The translations under genes and the position numbers were made by a program. Below, piece by piece: positions 56,401 to 64,000 of a stretch of DNA of 64,000 bases. The DNA comes from Marsupella aquatica (lineage: Eukaryota > Plantae > Marchantiophyta), in contig OZ316895.1 in NCBI GenBank assembly GCA_973895155.1, positions 9,784,184 to 9,848,183 on the forward strand. The letters are read 5' to 3'. Under the pieces are notes generated by a model. It was given only the letters and a program-made list of their open reading frames with translations, was not told where the DNA came from and made no database searches. Numbering within the stretch: the first letter of the stretch is position 1; each line of letters starts with the position of its first letter.

Positions 56401-57681
56401 TTCATTCGAAATTGTGTTATGGTAGCAGTTGTTGAGATTGGCGAGGCTCGTAAAAAATTATCCTACAGAAAAGCACAATCGAAGAAGACTTGAACGTTGC
56501 GGATGAGTATCGGATGAGTCCTGTGCATCATGCCATCATTTGAGGGGATGCCACTATGTACTCTTGCACAACTTCAAGATCCGAGCTTCATGGATCCGAA
56601 TCGAAGTTGTAACCAGAGGTGTTAAGTTCATACACACCTCTTCCAGATTCTTCCTAACTGTGAAGCTGATGAAGAGCTCCTCAACAATGGAGGCTTCTGC
56701 TTGAATGACTGCATAGTGCATGGGACTCATAAGCATAGTCATCCATTGCTAGCATCCAAAGTATTCTTTGCTTGTGCTTTTGCTGCTGGAGTGGCGCATG
56801 CCAACAGTCTAACAATTGAGCGATGAGATCCTGATCCTCCTAGGCAGCATGCTTCATTTCTAATACGAGGGAATCAAGAGCAAACTTTTTTGATCTTTGC
56901 TTCAAGGATCAGGATCAATCCATACAAATTCAGAATTTTTGAATAAATTTTAGCTTGTAAAGATCATGTTGTTGATGGTAAATACCATGTACGAAGATGC
57001 CATTTTAAGCATTGGAGCCTTCCCCAGATTGCTTTTTCTAATGAAGATTGTATTGGATAAAATTGATGACTTCAGGGCAGCGTTCTATGAGCAATTCTAC
57101 GGTGCATTTGAAAGTCCAGATGCAGTAATGGAAGCTCTGCTGAATGGAAAGGAAGCTTTTTCGGCGCAGGTGATATGTTCTCAAGAAGTCAAGACGTTCT
57201 TAGATCAATTCCTTTGTTGTCTCATGTGCATTTCGTCTCTGGTTCACAGAAGAAGTACCGTACCCGTGCCTGAAAAACCTGGATTGACCATCAGCACAGA
57301 AAAACCTTAGCGTGAAATTACTGTCTTTGAAGCTCAGAAATGGTTCATCTCGGCTATTAATATGAACAAGTCACAAGTCACTTGTTAGAACTGTACCTGG
57401 GACCAGCATAGCTCAATCCCACTCTCCGTTTCTGGAGATTTAATCTTCTGCTTGGAAGTCATCGACACGTCCACACTTACTGGATAGAGGCACTTTTCTG
57501 CTGTGAGACTAGACTAGAGCATATCATCAAGGGTGAGTGCTCAATCTTGAGTCGTTTACTAGTGCACATTCTCTAATCTGTCCTAGTTGTGTGGGGGCTT
57601 TCTGTTGCCTGACAGGCTCTTCGCAATGTTCTGTCTCAATATTTGAGCATCGACTTGAATAGTAGCAGCTTCTCCACCTGA
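50452..57681 (+). CDS. JmjC-only 2OG/Fe(II) oxygenase (cupin-like 8), JMJ31-like, about 603 aa
   Basis: Exons 50452-50541, 50877-50954, 51305-51388, 51744-51959, 52203-52271, 52818-52944, 53553-53625, 53844-53960, 54145-54264, 54595-54613, 55049-55591, 56012-56127, 57076-57169 and 57616-57681 in frame (1812 nt). Motifs WPAISRW, INLWM, SSTHYDPYHNLLCVVAGKK, LHPGDALFIPEGWYHQV and AVNFWW; the HxD...H iron triad is intact. Confidence 0.9.
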
Positions 57682-58989
57682 TTGAGACGACGTTATTACC
57701 GCTCTGATAAAGCGACTTTACCGACAGGATCAAGAAAACAGACTTTCAATGCTCTGTAAGGTTAAGCAATAGATGCAAGCTGACTTACCACCTAACCATA
57801 CAACGAGGGTGTGCAGTTTCTAATGGAAATAGTGTTGCATGGACAGAAGCTAAGTGAGTCTCGCATAATATGACTCGGGCTTTTTCCTGGCAGAGGAGCA
57901 AGCATCAATTTTGTAGAAAATTCTCAGTTAGCCGTATTTGTTTAGGCTGGAAGAGTGTAGTGTACTGTGATGGTTTTCAAGTTTCGACTTCCGTTCCGTT
58001 GCTGGCAGTGAGGTTTCTTTAACCCAAGCCACTTCCTCAATTTGTAAAGTTTAGGGTTTAGAGTTCAGAGGTTGCAATAGTCACCGGCTTTGCAAAACTA
58101 CGGCCGACCCTGGATATTGTTCAATCTTAAATGAAAGAGTTGGAATGAGAATTATGCTGTTCACATAAAAACTTAGGCAGGAGTTAGTACAACTACTTTG
58201 GCAAGGAGTTGTATTTGACATGATCGATTCCAAGAAATACTTTCCTGGTGGGGAAGAGTTGCGCGTGCTACTTCATCTGAATGTCAATGTTGTGAGGCCC
58301 TTATCCTAGAATCGTAAGTACACCAGTGCACATGAATTTTACATCACTAAAACCCTAGAGACAAAAGAAGAAGGATGCCACCTAACCTTAAAATATCTCT
58401 TGAATTCATTGTACAGAGCTGATTTAGTGGCCTATCTGGATCTCCTGAGACTTTAGATTCGTTCATTCATCTGCTAGAAAGTATTAACAAAGGAGGTAGG
58501 AGTTTCCTGCCATGAATGAAGTGGATGTGTCATCGTAAAGTGCAGAGACTTAACCATACTGTGCAGTAATGGTTTCATTAGTGTTATTCAGAAATATGGA
58601 AGTCTTCAAGAATTACCATACTGTGTAGTAATTATTTCATTAGTCTTATTCAAAATTAAGTCTCGAGGTATTACCATGAATATTCTGAAGGAGGATCAGC
58701 ATACACCATGTTCATCTCGTACATTGATACTGATGTATTAAAGGAAAATAACCAAAAAGGTGGGCAACACATTTCCAGTGAGCCCAGACACTATCCCAAG
58801 TTTGAGAACAGGACTCATACTTTGAATAAGACTATTGAAACAATTATCACAGTAAGAACTTCCATGAACTTTCAGAAATCTGACCGGAGAATGTCTGTTG
58901 CCAACTTCATCTCTTGCCAACAGTAGTAAGTGTAGTAAGTTCCTGTTCTCAACAGCTTCCCTGTCATATTGCAGTTTCGATTGTTTGGA

Positions 58990-59219
58990 ATCTGGCCTGT
59001 TTAACAGAGAGGATTATAAATGGGAATAACCACCGGTACCGCTAATGTGCAACAAGCTCTACTTCGAATATTTAATTGTCCTCGACGTTTCTTTCTGTAG
59101 GGAAATCTGGCCTGTCTAACAGAATGGATTATATATGGGAATAACCCCCGGTACCGCTAATGTGCAACAAGCTCTACTTCGAACATTTAATTGTCCTCGA
59201 CGTTTCTTTCTGTAGGGAA
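58990..59219. repeat. 115-bp tandem duplication spanning the SDF2 stop codon
   Basis: Copies at 58990-59104 and 59105-59219 differ by only a few substitutions. Confidence 0.92.
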
Positions 59220-61422
59220 GTATACACCCTCCGTAGCCATCCATATGTTGTCTGAGCTCTTTTTCATGGTACCACAAACCTGCCAGGCAATCAGAAAGTC
59301 AACGAGTCGGCGGGATTTATGTCGTAGTCATTTCTGACCTCAAAGAACAAAGAAAAAATCCGAGCCAAGAATAGATACGGAAATCATAACAATCGAATCC
59401 ATCTCGGCACTAGTTATGAACTGACCTGACGAAACTCAAGAAATAGGCTGCGAAGTTTCAGCTTTTAACACAAATCTACCCAACTAGTTAAACAGAACTC
59501 GTACCTCTTGTTGGCCCCCAACAATCCGACTGTACTTCTTGTCATGCGTGGTGAGGTACCCACCAGTATCGACATGCACAAGGCGAATCTTCTGATCCCT
59601 AAGCCATGTCTTCCCTTTGCCCTCTATAATTAATCTGGAGACAACCAGTTACAGAAAATTGTATGGCATTCGCAGAATCTAAGTCCAGGGTCTCTGAAAA
59701 CATGTCTTAAGTATGCATATTGAAAATTTCACCACTAAATCATGAGACAATCCGAGAATGTCTCATGTGATCACACGAGAATATAAGGAATGACCGGTAT
59801 GTACAACGCAAGACAACCACTTAATCTCAAAGCAGATGCCTTTCTGTACAGCGACCGGGAAACACTGACCTCCAGTGATCACCCGTATCAGAATTCGTCA
59901 CGGATCCAAAGGCGCTCACCTGAACAGAAACATTTCTCAAGAATTACTTTAAACGTCCCCTCTACCCCACACGTAATGCGTCCTTGAGCAAGACACATGA
60001 CATAGGAACTAATGGACCTAGGGCTTTAGATGTAAGGATGAGATCAAGAAAAAGAAAAATCTGTTATTATGTTGCAGTCTACAGCTGAAGGCAACGACGC
60101 ATAGCCCGTATTGTTTGTAAATGAGAAGCCCTCAAGAGTCGGACTATGGTACTACACTGAGCGAGTCAGACGATTGATACAAGGATCTCAACCCATAACC
60201 TCTGTGCCGAGTCGGAGTATCATGACTCAAGCTTGCTTCAAAAATCGATTGTGCTCTTTGATCTAGACAAGACTGAGCTTACCAGCAACTTCTGTGCGTG
60301 GTTCAATTACAAATGAGGCTAAGTCTGCGAGTTCCACTCAACGCACATTCCTCAGTAGCCTTAACGGCAAGCTTACCTCGAGATTGTTTGATATTGGAGA
60401 AGCATGAAGGTGACTGTGGAGCCACTTCTTCGTGGATGTATGAAACAAACGAACGATTGCACCATCTGCAATCGGTTCTCCTTGCCTAAATTTTGCATCT
60501 AAAGCTGGCCTTACACTCTGTCAAAAACGCACGTCAGCAACTATGAGTTATCAATTCATTGATAGATAAATTTGAGCACTTCTAAGCCTGCGGATGTTCT
60601 CCATGAAATAAGCATTCGAGGGTAGTGCCAGAGCGAAGACTGCCAGAGTAGGCAACCCAAAACTACAAACTATAACGTCATTCATAAGACAAAAGATGCC
60701 GAGGTCAAAGGACTGCGAACGCCCAAACGACTGCCGATCTTGAAAGCCAACGGCCCACACCATTGCATACCTCAGAGGCAAGCATCAATTATTAACAATT
60801 TAGTATGACGGAACCTCAAAAGACGGAATATGTAATCCAATTTCCAGTCGCCAATTTTAAAGCTCTCGAGACAAGCAAATTGCACGGAACAAGCGGAAGA
60901 TTCACCCACCCAGTAACTGTTGGAATCTTCAACTCCAGGGAAGCCAGTGACAGATTGCTGTCCACTCCCGGTTCCGTAAGGAACATCATGTGAATGTAAC
61001 CTATACTTGGTCTTATCATGCATGAGCTTAATTGTACTTCCATACGTCACCTGCACTCATGCACAGCGAGGAGATGATATTCAGTGAAGAATCTATGCCA
61101 CAAGGAAGTAAGCCTCCACTCCTTCGGCCACGTATGTCTTTCAAAGTTACAAACCATGATACACCTTGAGCTCGTCAACAGCTCATCACTTTCAGTTCGA
61201 AGTAAGCAGCTGAAAACAAACAAGCCGTTGCCAATTCATTCCATGAAAGCAGAAAGATGACCACTCACTCATCAAGTCAGCAAAAAAAAGGAGCGCGGAG
61301 AAAACGGAGGAAAAGCTTACCTGCCGGCCTGAAGCAGGTGCCGCAAAGGCTGGCTGCGGGGAGGCGTTCTCGAAGGGGTAAAACCCAAGCAGCACGAGCA
61401 TTCCGAAAACCACGAACCCCAT
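59187..61422 (-). CDS. SDF2: Stromal cell-derived factor 2 (ER MIR-domain protein), 218 aa
   Basis: Exons 61422-61321, 61050-60910, 60517-60377, 59919-59870, 59634-59505 and 59279-59187 in frame (657 nt). Signal peptide, then VTYGSTIKLMH...RLHSHDVPYGTGSGQQSVTG, WLHSHLHASPISNNLEVSAFG and GQQEVCG. Confidence 0.96.
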
Positions 61423-61982
61423 CCCAACGAGAAACCCTAATCCTGACAAAACAGGAATTGACCACTCTCGTCCACTGTATCCCTTCCTCGCTTGCTCCTT
61501 CTCCTTTTTCAAATCACCCCCGCTATTCTTCTGGTCCGAACAGTTGCTGTTCACAGCTCCTCCTCGTCCTCTACCACCACTCACCAACCTCGATCTGTGC
61601 GTCAGCGACGAGCCAGTAGCAGCAGCAGCAGCCGACGAAGAGGCCGACGACGACGACACAGAAGGACCAGAATTGTAAGAGCCCGATCCAGAAGGTCCCC
61701 CCGGACCCGCCGTCCGGGAAACTTGAGGTGCCAGATCTGCTGCAACCGCAACTGCAATTCACCCTCAGACTCTTCACAACAGTGGCAGCAGTAGCTTCTT
61801 CTCTCCCATTCAATCCAAATATCCGTCCATCAATCTGTCACTCGAAGGGAAAGAAGGGAATCAAGTAATCCTCCCCGACCGACCGACGACCCAGCGATGT
61901 TCCAATTCGCACCGCACCGCACCGCAATGAGCTCCGGCAATGTATGTAAATTACTCTAGAGAAAGGAGCACAGGCCGGCCTT

Positions 61983-61983
<1 letters not shown>

Positions 61984-62016
<33 letters not shown>
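61984..62016. repeat. (CT)n microsatellite
   Basis: About 16 CT units. Confidence 0.95.
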
Positions 62017-62020
<4 letters not shown>

Positions 62021-62039
62021 GTGCGTGTTTCCAAAGACT

Positions 62040-62392
62040 ACTTCAACCCGCAGGTCCCAGCTGCAATCCCCCTCAACATGGAAGTTTGCCAGGGGATTAG
62101 CCTAGCACCCAAAGGTCCCAGCTTCAATCCCCCGATCCCCCCTTCACATGCAAGGGTTATGGAGATGTGTGAGTTTAGCCGGGAACCCAGAGGTCCCAGA
62201 TTCAATCCCCTGATCCCCCCTCTACATGCAAGGGTTATAGAGATGTGTGAGTTTAGCCTGGAACCCAGAGGTCCCAGCTTCAATCCCCTCTCCACATGCA
62301 AGGTCAAGATTTATGGAGATGGTGTCCCATAAGTCATATAAGTCCCTGCTTCAATCCCCCCCCCCCCCCTCCACATGCAAGGGTTATGGAGG
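62040..62392 (+). repeat. Tandem 60-78 bp repeat (GGTCCCAGCTTCAATCCCC...CACATGCAAGGGTTATGGAG), about 5 copies
   Basis: GGTCCCAG(C/A)T(T/G)CAATCCCC recurs near 62053, 62114, 62192 and 62270, with a degenerate copy near 62342. Confidence 0.85.
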
Positions 62393-64000
62393 AGGTGTAT
62401 GTGTGTAAGTGGGATGTACAGTAGTGGTGGGAGTCAGGTTTCTCTTGCCCCGCTAGTCTGATTGGGGGCCTTGGTTCAACCCTCTCTCTCTCTCTCTTGG
62501 TCTGGTCCCTCTTGGATCCTTGGGTATGACCCCCTTGTGACTACCTTACAGAGGCGCATGCTCCGGAGTAAATTGTCTATCCTCTGTTGGATGGGTATGC
62601 TTTTTGTTTCAAGGCAACAACAAAAAATACTTCAACCCGTAGGTCAAGCATCCATCGGCTGGCTATACTGTACCATATTGTATTGTGTTGTGGTATAGTG
62701 TACTGTAGTCTACCTTTATACCCTGGTTAATTAATTTCACATGCCAATTAATGAATTTTAAAAACAACTTTTCATTACTTTGTCACTTTGGAAAAATGGG
62801 GAGGAAAGTAGATTTGAGGACATGACAGCCCAAAAACCTTTGCATGAGGCAAAATGCCTTGGCACCAAAATGTGAAATTTCAAAAATAGTGGGATGGGCA
62901 AACATGGGGGTCATTTTGGGAAACAGGGAGGAAAGAAAATTCAAGACATGGCAACCTGAAATGCTTTTGTCTGAGGCAAATCCCTGGAAATTGTGTTTCC
63001 AGTTGAAATAGGCCTCATACTCGAGCAAAGCACTGAAAACATGTACATTGAGAAAACTTTTTGGCCGAGAAATATTTAAATGGCCACTTGCAAAAGTCCG
63101 GAAACAAGTTAATATAACTTTTCACAGTCAAACAGCGTGAACCAAGTTATGACTACGGTACTGTAGTGTAGTCTCCCGCATATAGCCAAATCAATATTGG
63201 CGCTATGCCAGACCCCCCTGCTAAGGGGTTGGTCACACTTGACTGAACTTTGAGCATCTCCTGTACTGGAGAGCTTTTTGTATATGTGCTGACTGGACCC
63301 TACAACTAAAGTCTAAAAAGTGGTGTCCAATCCACTCACCCCAATTTTTATCTTCTTTTCAGGCATTGGATTTTTTGGTTATGGGATCTGTATTTGGGAG
63401 ACAGTACAGTAGTCTTTATCTAAGTGCACACTCCCAGGAAGAAGCATCCGGAAGCGGGGGTTTTAACTACATGCTAAATGCAAAGTCATAGAATTGTGCA
63501 CCCATCAATAAGAGTGTATGGTTACATCTCTTTGTTAAATGTGCTAGTATCTTCTGTCAATGAAGAGTCTTGTGACTCCCACCCTAAACGGGACCCTAAA
63601 TTGTACACACATCCCTGCCCTAAATTTGGTCCTCTATGTACCCTCTAAAGTTGTCATTTATGATCAAATTCAGGCCTTTTGCATGTATTAAGGGTGCAAA
63701 AAGTGCAAAGTGCATGAAAAATGGATGACAATTATCTAAATTTTGCACTTCTGGAGTATTCACTTAGAAAGAAACCACTGTATACAGCTTAGACTTTCTA
63801 CAGGGTTAGCTGCTCAGTTTTTCAAGATTGTAATTTACAGTTGTGTGACGTTGATTTCAAGTGTGGAGTAAATTATCCCCTGAGTATTGGAGCTGAGTTT
63901 CATTTGACCATGACTGCCACTCCATCTTGGTTTGCAATTTTTAAGATTAAATTAAAGGATCATATTTTGATATTGCATTATTTCCTAATATGAAAAAATA

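Noticed and set aside
61423-61659. N-terminal extension of SDF2 in the 155-aa ORF
   Set aside because: It begins at a non-ATG codon in the GA-rich leader; ATG 61422 gives a proper signal peptide and normal SDF2 length.
62416-63420. Possible TA-flanked MITE ends (TACAGTAG / TACTGTAG motifs)
   Set aside because: No convincing pair of terminal inverted repeats could be matched.

Overview
Eukaryotic land-plant genomic DNA with GT-AG introns. A TEDC1-like centriole gene points to a lineage with flagellated sperm, and the overall style suggests a liverwort or other bryophyte (inference, not proven). Hand-spliced genes: an orphan multi-pass membrane protein (+, 2.4-3.0 kb), TEDC1-like (-), poly(A)-binding protein (-, 9 exons), a ubiquitin-specific protease (+, 6 exons), a FLK/PEPPER-like triple-KH protein (-, 6 exons), a JMJ31-like JmjC oxygenase (+, 14 exons) and SDF2 (-, 6 exons). 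Mobile DNA: a solo LTR with TSD, a 1-kb non-autonomous Helitron, a LINE RT remnant, and a full-length Bianca-type Ty1/copia with identical 109-bp LTRs, CTCTA TSD, a half-tRNA-Ile PBS and a broken gag-pol. The main discovery candidate is a non-coding, hairpin-dense locus at about 8.6-11.6 kb. Its core (10.65-11.46 kb) has four arms antisense and three arms sense to the NLR (NB-ARC) P-loop coding sequence. These fold into stem-loops carrying four miR482/2118-like 22-mers, which looks like a polycistronic NLR-silencing miRNA cluster. All folds and splice models were read by eye and need computational and RNA confirmation.
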